IMG/VR virus record: IMGVR_UViG_3300035171_000016
Coordinates: 1 to 64,000 of that record
Direction: 5' to 3' (one strand)
Length of the DNA stretch: 64,000 nt
Source of the DNA: a virus
Part shown: positions 20,821 to 31,072 of the stretch, in pieces
How positions within the stretch are numbered: the stretch's first letter is position 1
Layout: the number at the start of each line of letters is the position of its first letter
The notes under the pieces: model-generated
Seen by the model: the letters and a program-made list of their open reading frames with translations, nothing else
Told to the model about the DNA's origin: nothing
Database searches by the model: none
Position numbers and translations under genes: made by a program

Positions 20821-20865
20821 AATTAATAATAATTTAAATAAACCGGCTATCTAACTTGTTAAATA

Positions 20866-21645
20866 TCAGTCGTAATCGTAAGGAAATTCCTTAGTTACTA
20901 CTCCAATGCTAGCGGCTTGACCACCTTGATAATGTACCCCGCGCCAATCTTCGTAAGCAATAACCTTTTCCTCTTTTTTATAACCGTTCCATTCAAAAGG
21001 CTTAACCTTGTGAGTAAGATATTTACCATCTTTATCAAATTTAAAATATCCGTGAGTAAGCTCAATATTCTTGTACTTATCATCATTTAATTCAGAGGAA
21101 AGAATAAAGCTTTTATCCTCTCTCATATGAGCGGCTAATTGGCCGGAAATTTTCGATACTTCTAGCGTACCGTCTAGATTTAGATTGCAAAATACGCCGC
21201 CCCAATTAACGCGTTCTGTAAAATCTTTAGAGCCTACGCGACTAATAATCTCTGTAGCAGCAGCAGAATCCGTGTCCGAAACATATCCCGGAATAGTTGA
21301 AAGATACATTCTCAATAAACCTGAATAATTTAATGTACCATTATGAATCAAAGCAATTTTCCCGTTCATTGATACAAAAGGATGGGCATTTTCCTTGCTG
21401 ATAATACCACAACTCGCTCTACGGATATGAATAAGTGTCCATCCGGGATGGGGCAAATGAGAAAGAAATTCTCTGCCTTTCTTAACCACTTTTTCTAGAG
21501 ATTGAGCGTATTTGTTCACTACAAACTTGCCATCCTTTAGATAGACTTCGCCAACACCATCCTTGTTTTCACCATATTGGTTAGCAAGAATTTCTAAAGC
21601 CTCTTTTTTGGTTACACCAGAATTAATCATCAATACTCGGCACAT
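20866..21645 (-). CDS. class II (Ntn) glutamine amidotransferase
   Basis: Cys2, N.DG.G, HIRRAS, NAHPF, HNG, DTDS. Confidence 0.85.
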   Translation of the reverse strand: MCRVLMINSGVTKKEALEILANQYGENKDGVGEVYLKDGKFVVNKYAQSLEKVVKKGREFLSHLPHPGWTLIHIRRASCGIISKENAHPFVSMNGKIALIHNGTLNYSGLLRMYLSTIPGYVSDTDSAAATEIISRVGSKDFTERVNWGGVFCNLNLDGTLEVSKISGQLAAHMREDKSFILSSELNDDKYKNIELTHGYFKFDKDGKYLTHKVKPFEWNGYKKEEKVIAYEDWRGVHYQGGQAASIGVVTKEFPYDYD

Positions 21646-21728
21646 AATTATTTTTTTATTTATTGTTTAACTGGACTAAATATAATGAACTCAAATTATA
21701 ATGTCAAACTAATTTCGCTTTTTTATTA

Positions 21729-21761
21729 AAAAACCGTCCAAAACTTAATCTGGACGGTTTT
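21729..21761. terminator. intrinsic terminator, potentially bidirectional
   Basis: AAAACCGTCCA-loop-TGGACGGTTTT. Confidence 0.8.
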
Positions 21762-21783
21762 GTTTGATTATTTTATAATTGAA

Positions 21784-22359
21784 TTACTTCTTACCTTTGA
21801 GCAAATCCAGAACCGGGGTATTAATCCCAGCCGGAATAGACTTTAGATAGGCAACCTGTTCCTTCTTAACCTTAGCGGGCTGGCCTTGGACATACTTAAC
21901 AGCATTCTCAACCGTGAAAGGCACATTAATTCTGTCTTTAAATGCTCTGCCAAGTAAATTGACGATAACGCCATCATATCCGGCCTTTTTGGCCCATTGA
22001 GCAATATTGCGGCTAACATTAGCAAACTTGTTGGCACGTTCGCTGGCTACCTTTTGCTTCAAATCCAAAACACCAATCTGCTTTTCGCCAATATTTTCAA
22101 TCTTCATAAAATTGGCAATTGCCTTGTTCAAGTCGGTTTCCTTGGCGGTAGCGAAATAAACAGCGTTATTAACGCCGTTTTCCTCGGAAACGGCCAAAAC
22201 AAGCTTTTCAGTCTTGCTTACCCGACACATTTCGATTGGGACTTGCGGCCCATTCTTGTTAGTCCACTTGGTTTTAACCAGAGCGGCAGTTTTCTTTGTG
22301 TTGGTTACAAGGCCACCAAACGAAAGGATGGCGATTTTATTTGTGTTCTTTTTGTTCAT
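21784..22359 (-). CDS. hypothetical protein, possibly a degenerate GGCT-fold
   Basis: IAILSFGGL start; own promoter and terminator. Confidence 0.6.
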   Translation of the reverse strand: MNKKNTNKIAILSFGGLVTNTKKTAALVKTKWTNKNGPQVPIEMCRVSKTEKLVLAVSEENGVNNAVYFATAKETDLNKAIANFMKIENIGEKQIGVLDLKQKVASERANKFANVSRNIAQWAKKAGYDGVIVNLLGRAFKDRINVPFTVENAVKYVQGQPAKVKKEQVAYLKSIPAGINTPVLDLLKGKK

Positions 22360-22448
22360 ATTTATTTTTTGTTTTTTTGTTTTTAGTTTTATTGTTTAAT
22401 TACGATGGATTTATATTAATGGTTAAAAATTGATTTGTCAAATGTTTT

Positions 22449-22889
22449 TTAAGAATTTTTTAGTAATTCTGGATTCTCGAAAATATTGCCAATTACTAAA
22501 CATGATTCATAGCTTAATGGATGCCCTAATCCTTGTTCGCAATTATATCCGATTTCCGTAGCATAAAATCCAATACAATTTGTATATGCGTCTCTACCAA
22601 AATCTACTTCACCGAATTTAACCTCTAGTTTCCAGCATTTTTTAATTGTTCTTTCGTCTTTGACTTGTAAAATGTCCCCCTCATAAATTTCCTTACCGTT
22701 TTTATCTTTTAAACCAGTATATTGCTGAATAACCCAATTATCTTTTTTAGGGTAGTGTTTTTCGTTGCCAAAAGGCCAGTCATTCACACCATTTTGAGTT
22801 AATCCGCCGTCCATATCAACAGCAAAAAAATCATTATACCATTGATTATCCTGTTTACTCCAAAGGCGAAATTTAATTTCTCTATTCAT
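22449..22889 (-). CDS. YopX-family protein
   Basis: MNREIKFRLW...QYTGLKDKNGKEIYEGDIL...VIGNIFENPELL. Confidence 0.85.
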   Translation of the reverse strand: MNREIKFRLWSKQDNQWYNDFFAVDMDGGLTQNGVNDWPFGNEKHYPKKDNWVIQQYTGLKDKNGKEIYEGDILQVKDERTIKKCWKLEVKFGEVDFGRDAYTNCIGFYATEIGYNCEQGLGHPLSYESCLVIGNIFENPELLKNS

Positions 22890-22911
22890 TTATTAAATAA
22901 TTTTAAATTAA

Positions 22912-23904
22912 TCAAAAAAAGTCTCCGCGATTATATTGGCTAGAACCACTAAAAAATTCTTTTTCTTCCTCGGCTTGTGTTTTGTTTTTTAATACCGGCG
23001 GAATAATCGGCGGTATTAATTTATAATTAACAGTATTATGAGCTAAACTATTCGGCGGCAAAGGCTTAGGATATTTTAAGCTATATTTACTATAATCAAG
23101 CTTCAATCCGTCCGCATTAGATTCTGATTTCCACCATCTTAGGTATTTATACCTCTCTGTTTTAGCAGAAAATGAATAGGGCTGCCGAAGGATTGGATAT
23201 TCAACTTCCGGCGATGTTTTTTCTTCATCTTTTTTTTTACTAGACTGGTGATGCTGGCCGTGTCCAACATCATAGTTTTCAAGATTGTTATAGTTTTTAC
23301 CATCATACCAACCATAAGTCTTGCTCCATTTCCAGATTAAATTAGAATAAAGAATACCATCCTCTTCTGAAAAATCACCATAATATCTAAAGGCTTGTTC
23401 ATCGGTAACGCTATTATGGCCGATAACTACAAACTTGCCAGTAGCAGAGTGTAAAAAGTTATTATTCTTATGTTGGGATAGAATCATCGCAATGGCGCGA
23501 GTATCAGACATATCTTGCGGCTTTCCATCCTTGTCTTTAGGAATACTAAGGCCAGAAGCGGCAAGGCATTTTCTCCAATCTACTTCTGTACCGTTATGAA
23601 TTAATACTCTTTCTGTTTCACCATATAGTTTAAGCGGAGACTCCTTAGAAATTTCAAAAGGATGCGTCAAAAGCGGGTCAGTTTTAAGTCCAGTAGATGT
23701 TTTTCTAAAATGAATAACAAAAGGCAATTCGGTTGCCAAAGATAGATTATAAATTTCCTCTACGCTAGAAATACCTTTGATATATTCGACTTTACGCTTG
23801 TCATTCATCCAAGTAATAGATGCTCCGTCGTCATTTTCAAAAAACGCTCGACGAATGGCCTCTAGGGTCATTTTTTGGTCAACACAGATAGCAATTAGAC
23901 ACAT
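22912..23904 (-). CDS. class II (Ntn) glutamine amidotransferase
   Basis: Cys2, NDDGA, HFRKTS, THPF, HNG, SDT. Confidence 0.85.
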   Translation of the reverse strand: MCLIAICVDQKMTLEAIRRAFFENDDGASITWMNDKRKVEYIKGISSVEEIYNLSLATELPFVIHFRKTSTGLKTDPLLTHPFEISKESPLKLYGETERVLIHNGTEVDWRKCLAASGLSIPKDKDGKPQDMSDTRAIAMILSQHKNNNFLHSATGKFVVIGHNSVTDEQAFRYYGDFSEEDGILYSNLIWKWSKTYGWYDGKNYNNLENYDVGHGQHHQSSKKKDEEKTSPEVEYPILRQPYSFSAKTERYKYLRWWKSESNADGLKLDYSKYSLKYPKPLPPNSLAHNTVNYKLIPPIIPPVLKNKTQAEEEKEFFSGSSQYNRGDFF

Positions 23905-23974
23905 AATTTTATTTTTTAAGCTGGTTTTATATTAATGGATATATTTTAAATAGCAAGGATATTTTGAGATTTTA

Positions 23975-24928
23975 TTAAAAATCTACGTCTACATTTTTTA
24001 CAATAGGTTTAGGGTCATTATCGTAAATTACTGCATAATCTTTAAGATTATTAGCGGCAATCTTTTTATTAGGAAAGGCTACTGGTTTAATAACAGCACC
24101 TTTATAGAAAGGTTTAATTAAATCTTCTTTTGCCGCCTCTTTGTCAATAGCGTCTAAACTATAATCTCTACTTTTCACAATTCCTTTAAACATGAAAAGA
24201 TTGAATTTCGATTTTTTATTAATTACAATTTCTTTCTTTTCGCATTCTTCGTCTGTATCTAGCTCCAATCCTTTAGAGAAATTAAAAGGTTTAGGTGGAT
24301 TTGCATCTAAATAAGAATTAATACAATCAATATGAGCCATGAACGCGGATATAGCCGTGTCCATAGATACGAAAGTCGGCATTAGGCGCGATTCAATGGT
24401 GCGGTAAAGAGAATAGGCGTAATGCAACTGGCTATAACGGCCCGGGTCATTAGGAATTTTCTTTTTAAGAAAAATCTGGTCATAAGGCTTAAATTCATCG
24501 CGGCAAAACTTATTTTTGTTTTCCAGACGTTCCCAGAAATAGTTATTATTAATTGGATATTTCTCGCCCCAATTCTTCATAAACTCTACGAAGTATTTTC
24601 TGAAATTAGGAGACATTAGAGCAACATATTCAGAAATAGAATTGAAAGAGAAATGCCAATGGGTCCCGCACATTTCTTGCGTTTCTAGACCGTTATTAGT
24701 CTTAAAATCATAAGGCACGTTTTGGTATTTTTTATAGTTAAATTCAATCCATTTAACAACGTCCTCGACTTCTGCCATTGGCTTAGTAATAACCGCTTCG
24801 CCGCAACAGACAGAGGATTTAAAACCATTCATTTTAATGCCTAAATCTTCGTGCAAATCTTCGCGGCCATAATTCCAGCCGCCTTCAATTTCGCCGCCAA
24901 TAAGGTGAATGTATTTTGATTGTTTCAT
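23975..24928 (-). CDS. amidoligase (glutamine synthetase-like fold)
   Basis: GGEIE, CGTHWHFS, RY...TIESR. Confidence 0.65.
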   Translation of the reverse strand: MKQSKYIHLIGGEIEGGWNYGREDLHEDLGIKMNGFKSSVCCGEAVITKPMAEVEDVVKWIEFNYKKYQNVPYDFKTNNGLETQEMCGTHWHFSFNSISEYVALMSPNFRKYFVEFMKNWGEKYPINNNYFWERLENKNKFCRDEFKPYDQIFLKKKIPNDPGRYSQLHYAYSLYRTIESRLMPTFVSMDTAISAFMAHIDCINSYLDANPPKPFNFSKGLELDTDEECEKKEIVINKKSKFNLFMFKGIVKSRDYSLDAIDKEAAKEDLIKPFYKGAVIKPVAFPNKKIAANNLKDYAVIYDNDPKPIVKNVDVDF

Positions 24929-24980
24929 AAATAGGACACTATACTAATACAAAGGTTTTAATTGTCAATAACTAAACCGT

Positions 24981-25460
24981 TTAAACTTCCTCATTTTCTA
25001 CAATGGTAGCGGAAAATTCCATCGCAATAGAAATATCACGCATATAGGTTGCCCAAATAATTTTAATTTGATTCTTAAAATTCATGGCCAATTCTTCAAT
25101 CTTATCATCCGATACAGGAAAAGTACCGAAATTAAACACAACGCCATCCTTCAAATCTCTGGCTAGCAAAAGAGATAGGTTCAAATATCCATTGATATGA
25201 AACATATCCTTTTCGGTTCTAAATTGTCCGGGAACTCCGGGTAATTCGTAACCATTACCGCCACGCGGTAGGTAGCAATCAACGCCGCCTAGTTTAAAAG
25301 TCTTATCGTTGCCAGAATCGCGGAGAAACTTAAAGTTGCGGCTGCTTTTAAGTTTAATCTGGAAACCATTTTCTGCGCTCGAAAGGATTTCCATGCTACC
25401 AAGGCTAATGCGTGAGCCATTCTTTTTAACAGTAGTAATTTCTTGTGCTTTTTCGTCCAT
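24981..25460 (-). CDS. hypothetical protein
   Basis: 159 aa ORF. Confidence 0.65.
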   Translation of the reverse strand: MDEKAQEITTVKKNGSRISLGSMEILSSAENGFQIKLKSSRNFKFLRDSGNDKTFKLGGVDCYLPRGGNGYELPGVPGQFRTEKDMFHINGYLNLSLLLARDLKDGVVFNFGTFPVSDDKIEELAMNFKNQIKIIWATYMRDISIAMEFSATIVENEEV

Positions 25461-25508
25461 AGGTTTTATTTTTTATGTTTTAGTTGTTTAAATTATTTAT
25501 TCGATATA

Positions 25509-25925
25509 TTAAAGGCCGATATGAGAAAAGTCAACAATTTTTTCAAGAAAGTTTTTATTAATTCGTTTAAAGCCTAAATCGCTGGCATTAAAAATTGCAA
25601 CCTTGTTTTCTAGATAACCAACAAGGCAATTAATGGCTGCGGCAGCAAGAAATTCATGTTCGCGCAAATCTTTTCTAAGTCCAATAGTAAAACTATCAAA
25701 CTTCAATTCTTCAAATTCTACCGGAATACCGTAACGCTTTAAAAGATTTCTAATTTCTTTAGTAGTTTTAAACTCTGGCATCTTTTGATAACTAATAAGC
25801 ATTGGCGGATTGTTTTCCTGCTTTAGTCCATAGACTCGGTAATAAGTAGGACAACGAAACCTATCAAGCTTGGACAGCTTTTCAATTTTTGTTAAATGCG
25901 CGTCAACCGAAAAATAAATACTCAT
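25509..25925 (-). CDS. hypothetical protein, paralog of 8692-9240
   Basis: YGLKQENNP motif. Confidence 0.7.
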   Translation of the reverse strand: MSIYFSVDAHLTKIEKLSKLDRFRCPTYYRVYGLKQENNPPMLISYQKMPEFKTTKEIRNLLKRYGIPVEFEELKFDSFTIGLRKDLREHEFLAAAAINCLVGYLENKVAIFNASDLGFKRINKNFLEKIVDFSHIGL

Positions 25926-25963
25926 ATATGTAGATTAATGGATTTTTTTATATTGTCAAGAAA

Positions 25964-26410
25964 TTATCGTTTAGGATTTTCAAAAATATTACCAATTACT
26001 TTAATTCCTTCTAATTTAAAAGTGGTAATATAATTATGTTTAAATTCAAATTCATCAATAGCAATTACATCATATTTATGGCGTTTATCAATCAATCTAA
26101 CACCAAACAAAGGACAATAAGCTACTTCAAATTTATCAGCATTCGTATGCGAAATAACAATATCGCCCTCATAAATTTCTCTACCATTTTTGTCTAATAG
26201 ACCAGTAAATTGTAATCTTTTTAAACCTGTTTGATATTGCCAAAAACGCGAGCAAATAGTACCGCTTTTAAAATGCTTGTTCAAAGGTTGGCAGCTTTGA
26301 TTATCCGCACTAATAGTAAAACTTTCCCATTGATATTGCCCCATACGTTCGTACCCAATAATTTCCTTAGTATGTTCTCGGATAACTCTAAATTTAATTT
26401 CTCTATTCAT
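25964..26410 (-). CDS. YopX-family protein
   Basis: MNREIKFR...QFTGLLDKNGREIYEGDIV...VIGNIFENP. Confidence 0.85.
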   Translation of the reverse strand: MNREIKFRVIREHTKEIIGYERMGQYQWESFTISADNQSCQPLNKHFKSGTICSRFWQYQTGLKRLQFTGLLDKNGREIYEGDIVISHTNADKFEVAYCPLFGVRLIDKRHKYDVIAIDEFEFKHNYITTFKLEGIKVIGNIFENPKR

Positions 26411-26446
26411 TTGTTAAGATATTAATAGTTAATTCTCAAATGTCAA

Positions 26447-27337
26447 TTAAAAAATATCCTTTAAATCCTTAGCCCAGATAGCGTCAAAAGGAATCTTTTT
26501 AGGTTCAATGCGGACGGCGTTATCAGCCAAGCCCCAAGTTTCCTTCATATCTAAAACGCGGCCTTTACCATCCGTAGGAAACCAAGTTAATTTATTTTTA
26601 ATCAAAAACTTAAAAATATCAATATATTCCTTGTATTGAGGATATAGTTCCATTTGAGTAATTTCTGACCAAATATTATCAAAATGATTATAAATCTTAT
26701 CAATTTTGACGCCTAAAAAGTCTTTATCATCAAATCTATCTACCGGAGAAAATGATTTATTATTTAATACTTCATAAGCTACAGTTTTAGCCAAACAAAG
26801 ATGCGCGGCGGCAATTTGCGGACTAACGAGCCAAGATGAAAAACAGCGAGACTCCATGCCCCACTTTTGCGGACGCCAATCGTTTAGCCAACCATAATTA
26901 TGATTTTCATTATTGCGTCTTTTAAACGCTTCTGTTTTGTTTTCTACGGCCAAAGATAGCGAGCCAGCATAATTAGCAATAATTCGATTAATAATCTCTG
27001 GGGCAATAACATCCTTTTTAACTCCAAAATGAATATGTCCGCCAATAGATTTGTTAATTTTAAATGAACCGGCCTGCCAATCATAAGTAAAACACTTAGG
27101 ATGTTTACTAACGTGTCTCTTAAATGCGCTCCGAATAAAGTTAATTATTTCTAGCGGGTCCTCACTTGGACAAGTTCTAACTTCTGAAATATGTTCTACG
27201 GCTTCAATACCGTCATATCCAGTTTCGCCTTTAATGTCACCAATCAAAGGAGCAACTTTGCCGTTATGAATCATTAAATATTCCCCGTCCTGTCCTAATG
27301 AAAATCTAATAGGATTCTCTTTAATGTTTTTATTCAT
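26447..27337 (-). CDS. phiEco32-like COOH-NH2 ligase type 2 (second copy)
   Basis: LGQDGE, EVR, GGHIHFG, YG...WRPQKWGMESR...SWL.SP. Confidence 0.8.
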   Translation of the reverse strand: MNKNIKENPIRFSLGQDGEYLMIHNGKVAPLIGDIKGETGYDGIEAVEHISEVRTCPSEDPLEIINFIRSAFKRHVSKHPKCFTYDWQAGSFKINKSIGGHIHFGVKKDVIAPEIINRIIANYAGSLSLAVENKTEAFKRRNNENHNYGWLNDWRPQKWGMESRCFSSWLVSPQIAAAHLCLAKTVAYEVLNNKSFSPVDRFDDKDFLGVKIDKIYNHFDNIWSEITQMELYPQYKEYIDIFKFLIKNKLTWFPTDGKGRVLDMKETWGLADNAVRIEPKKIPFDAIWAKDLKDIF

Positions 27338-27354
27338 TTTATCTAGAAATAAAG

Positions 27355-27579
27355 TTATTCTTGGGGTATGAAGTATTGTTTTTCAAAATAGACAGAAGGA
27401 ATAACACAATCTGGAATTTTTTTACTAATTTGAAGTATTCCGTTAGTTATAGTTAAATAGGCATCCTCGTTTTCCTTTCCTTCGTACAACTCTTTAGCTA
27501 ATGCGGCTGGCAGAGTAATAGATGCACCTTTTTTACCAAACTTAATTTTACTTTTAATGAATTTAATATTGTTTGCCAT
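27355..27579 (-). CDS. possible AbrB/MazE-like DNA-binding protein
   Basis: KKGASITLPAALAKEL...GILQI pattern. Confidence 0.4.
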   Translation of the reverse strand: MANNIKFIKSKIKFGKKGASITLPAALAKELYEGKENEDAYLTITNGILQISKKIPDCVIPSVYFEKQYFIPQE

Positions 27580-28142
27580 ATATAGTTTTAAATTGGTGGA
27601 TAGATTAATAGATTAAAATGAAAAGTCAATAGTTTTTTAAATCTATTCCGTAAGTTTTAAGATATTGTTTATCTGGAACTATAATTAAATCTAAATAATC
27701 ATAATCATCATTAAATCCAGAAACTCGTTTATAGTTTATTCTGATATTGCCGCCAGTAGAAAGCGGAATGCCTTTTTTATGTGGCAACCTAATTTGTGGA
27801 CATATTACCGAGTTTGGTAAATTTAAAAGTTTTCTGGCTAAATCGTGAGTATTCATAATTAATTTAATCAGCCGAGCTATCTAAATCATCCAAACATTCG
27901 GTTTGGTCAATATAAATAGTTAAAATTTTCCAAGCGCAAAAAGCAACAATGAACCATAAAATAACAGGAATCATCATTAGGCAAGCTAGGCCGGTTTTAA
28001 AAATAGTTTTCATTAGGCCCGGAAAAGCATTCCAACGAATAAGGCGACTCCAATAAATACGAGAATCATAGGTTTTTTATATTATTTTTTTTGTTTTTGT
28101 TTACTGTCAACAAATGAATAATAATGATTAAAACCTAAACTG

Positions 28143-28586
28143 TCAAGATATTTTCTCTAAAAATTGCCAGCCATACCAGAGGCAAAAGAAATGAAGGCCG
28201 TTATCGGTAACTGTATAGACAATTGTAGTAAATCCGCCGCGAAGAATATGATAATTATCTCTTTTATTATCTCCGTCAATTGCATATTGAGAAATAGGAA
28301 TATTCTTTCTTCCATTCTCGAAAAAATCTCTTAAACTTCTACCATCAATCAGGTCTAACCATTTATCGCCCAAACTAAAACGGTCTATACAAAAATGAGG
28401 AATAAAAACAATTAATATCCAAATCCAATTAAAAGAAGTAAATAAACAAATACAAAAAGTATATAGAAAAACGTGTTGTAAACTCTTCCAATGCGAAGCA
28501 GATTTATTTACCGCCATCCATTTAGGTTGAAGAAAAAAATCACCCAATAGATGCCCAAGGATTAAATTAGCTAATAAATTGGTCAT
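28143..28586 (-). CDS. DUF3307-like membrane protein
   Basis: HLLGDFFLQPKWMA..K, H..Y, HF.ID, DN.LH. Confidence 0.75.
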   Translation of the reverse strand: MTNLLANLILGHLLGDFFLQPKWMAVNKSASHWKSLQHVFLYTFCICLFTSFNWIWILIVFIPHFCIDRFSLGDKWLDLIDGRSLRDFFENGRKNIPISQYAIDGDNKRDNYHILRGGFTTIVYTVTDNGLHFFCLWYGWQFLEKIS

Positions 28587-28927
28587 AAACTTTTAGCACA
28601 GAGTTTTGCAAGTTTCCAGCCGGTAGAATTAGGCTCAAACCTAGCTAAAACTATATGGTTCTCGTTTAAAAAATGAGGGTCTAATTCTGATTTCTTATTC
28701 CAGATTTTTTTAAGTAAAATTAATTTCTCACCATTAAAGGTAGTGCATCCATAATACTTAACTAATAAAATACTTCTACCATTAATTTTAACTTCTCTTA
28801 ATACTTTAAAGGCTTTTGGATTAGGATTAGGCGCAGTTGGCTTTTCTAAATAAACATACTCCGTCCTACCACCTAAACAGGTAGTTTTCTTTGGCTCGCT
28901 GAGTCCAACAGATAATGAAATTCCCAT
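28583..28927 (-). CDS. hypothetical phage protein
   Basis: PNPNP...Y.GCTTF.G.K...LDPHF...ARFEP...GW. Confidence 0.65.
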   Translation of the reverse strand: MGISLSVGLSEPKKTTCLGGRTEYVYLEKPTAPNPNPKAFKVLREVKINGRSILLVKYYGCTTFNGEKLILLKKIWNKKSELDPHFLNENHIVLARFEPNSTGWKLAKLCAKSL

Positions 28928-29158
28928 AAAAGAATGCTAATGTTTGAATATTAAAATGTCAATATTATTTTGAAGAAAATAAGAAGTTTTCCGAAATAAA
29001 ACCTTCTCTAAGAAGATATTTATAAATAGAAATACCGCAAGCATCATTCTCGCAGTACACTTTTGCCCCAACCGGCCTATCTTGGCTAAATTTACAAATT
29101 TCTACTTTTACTCCTGAAATATTAATTAATTTTTTAACTGGATAATTCATAAATCTAT

Positions 29159-29319
29159 TACTGTATTATAGGAGTCGAACCTATAAGAGTATATGAGATA
29201 ACAGCCCCAGTACTCACCACGTTCTCTCGCATAAACGGCTCGCCGTTATCGCGGCTTTTACTCATTAAGTGATTATGCGGTTACTATGCAGCGCGGTTGC
29301 CAATTTCGCCAAATACAGC
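29159..29319 (-). ncRNA. enlarged tRNA-like RNA (about 160 nt)
   Basis: Acceptor GCTGTAT/ATACAGT; D arm GGCGAAATTGGCAACCGC; T arm ATAGG-TTCGACT-CCTAT; very long anticodon-position arm; long variable arm; no encoded CCA. Confidence 0.7.
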
Positions 29320-29582
29320 AAATTTTAAAATTACCATCTAATTACTTTAATATTGTTCGCAACCGTATTAAACCATTCTCCGCAATCGGCGTTTTCAACA
29401 TCGCGCTCCAAGTATTTAATCCATTGGCCGAATTTGCCATTGGCCGTAGCGATAACCGTGCCGCGCCCGACTTCTACAAAACCGGAATTTTCTCCGCGCT
29501 TTTGTATTTTTACCTTGTCGTTAATTTTAAATTCAGTCATATTAATATAATAACTGTTAATATTTATTTGTCAATTAAATTA

Positions 29583-31046
29583 TCAGCCTAAAAGATTATT
29601 TCTTACTTCTTTTAGTGTCCAATCTTTTACAAGCTTGCCGTTAAGGAATACGGTTTGAAGCTCGCCCTGTGCCTCTTTAATCCAACTTACGTTATCATTT
29701 AGAACTAAGTTTCCACTTTCTTCCTTAACTACTTGTAATAGACCACAAGCAGATTTTTTTAAACCATTATCGGTAACTGGATTTTTAGAAATACTAATAT
29801 CTTTTTCGTTAATGGTAACGTGAGTAGCTTTTACGGCGGAGCCTAAAGTATCTCTCGTATTATATTGATAGGTAAAACTTCCAATACCAAAAACTACCTG
29901 TGAAGCAAAACCTTTATTCATTAATCTAGAACAAATTTCGTCTGCTCTTTTTAATGTAATACTATCTCCGTAAATAGCTCCAACGTGGCTATCAAGCAAT
30001 CTAAATCCTTTTTCGGTTACGGCTCCACCAAAGGCGTCCCATAGTAACTCTACTACACCTTTGCGTTCTGCTTCTGTTTTTCCATCTGGATTTCCACAAA
30101 TAACTAAAACGGGGTCGCCACTATCAGGGCGAATAACTAGTTTTCCGTTTCGAGCCATAACCTTTTCTTTTAAATTAGGAAGATATTCGGTTAATACTTT
30201 CCATAAATCCCAAGTATCAGAAACTACCGAGACAATGCCATTAGGATAAACTTTTGTAATTAATCTTTCAAAAGTATCTTGTTCGTTATCTTTTTCTCCA
30301 GAACACATTACGCTATGCTCTGTAGCGGGAACACTACCACCAATTAGTTCTTTATCGCTATTGGCATTATAATACTTTTCTAATCCAATGATAGCCGGAA
30401 TAGTATCTGTTCCGGTAAAGGAAAGTAAGTGTCCCATTCCAGAAGTTACCGCGCTTTCAAAGGAACTCATACCACGAAAACTAAAATCATGGCCTTGCCA
30501 TTGTACAAATTCTTTTGGCATTCCTGTTTTTTCGGCATATCCATCTAAAAGTTTACGATATTCGTATGCAATAGTAGCAGAATTACAAGGCAACCACAAA
30601 ATAGACGACATTAAAGTTTCAAGAAAATTAGGTAGCCAATAAAAATCTTCTAAAGTATTTAAGATAGTAAGACAAGGAACTCTCATAGGAACTTTAGAAC
30701 CTTCGGCTAAAGCTTTGATTTTAATAGGTAGATAGCCTAAATCATGTAGTTTTTCAATATGGTCATAAGTCGGTAGGTGACTTCCTAAAGAATTAGAAAT
30801 AATGCGCTTATATTCGTCCATTACCTCGTTTTTAGGACGTTTAAAGAAATTATCATTAAAACATTCAATAAGATACGCTTTAATGAAATATTGTAAACCA
30901 AACATTACCATGTAGTTTACGCCTTCAAGACGTGAACCGCGAGCCGTCCAGTTGATATAAACAAATTCGGTTTTGTCTGGATATTGAAACGGGTGCCCAA
31001 CTTTATAAAAATCGGCAAATAAGAATGGATTAATGTTTAATTTCAT
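29583..31046 (-). CDS. nadV: nicotinamide phosphoribosyltransferase family (NadV; Namat-like in a NARP1 context)
   Basis: DFYKVGH..QYP, HDFSFRG, SVPATEHSVM, SVVSDTWD, IRPDSGDP, IYGDSIT, TRDT. Confidence 0.93.
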   Translation of the reverse strand: MKLNINPFLFADFYKVGHPFQYPDKTEFVYINWTARGSRLEGVNYMVMFGLQYFIKAYLIECFNDNFFKRPKNEVMDEYKRIISNSLGSHLPTYDHIEKLHDLGYLPIKIKALAEGSKVPMRVPCLTILNTLEDFYWLPNFLETLMSSILWLPCNSATIAYEYRKLLDGYAEKTGMPKEFVQWQGHDFSFRGMSSFESAVTSGMGHLLSFTGTDTIPAIIGLEKYYNANSDKELIGGSVPATEHSVMCSGEKDNEQDTFERLITKVYPNGIVSVVSDTWDLWKVLTEYLPNLKEKVMARNGKLVIRPDSGDPVLVICGNPDGKTEAERKGVVELLWDAFGGAVTEKGFRLLDSHVGAIYGDSITLKRADEICSRLMNKGFASQVVFGIGSFTYQYNTRDTLGSAVKATHVTINEKDISISKNPVTDNGLKKSACGLLQVVKEESGNLVLNDNVSWIKEAQGELQTVFLNGKLVKDWTLKEVRNNLLG

Positions 31047-31072
31047 AATTTAATGTAGTTATATGTTAATGG

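Noticed and set aside
20866-20900. GATase C-terminus KEFPYDYD as a YPxGY tail
   Set aside because: Lacks the [RK]F and terminal GY; probably coincidental.
29159-29319. tmRNA or group I intron-containing tRNA
   Set aside because: It has a full D arm, no G3-U70 Ala identity and no tag ORF; the insert is far too short for a group I core.
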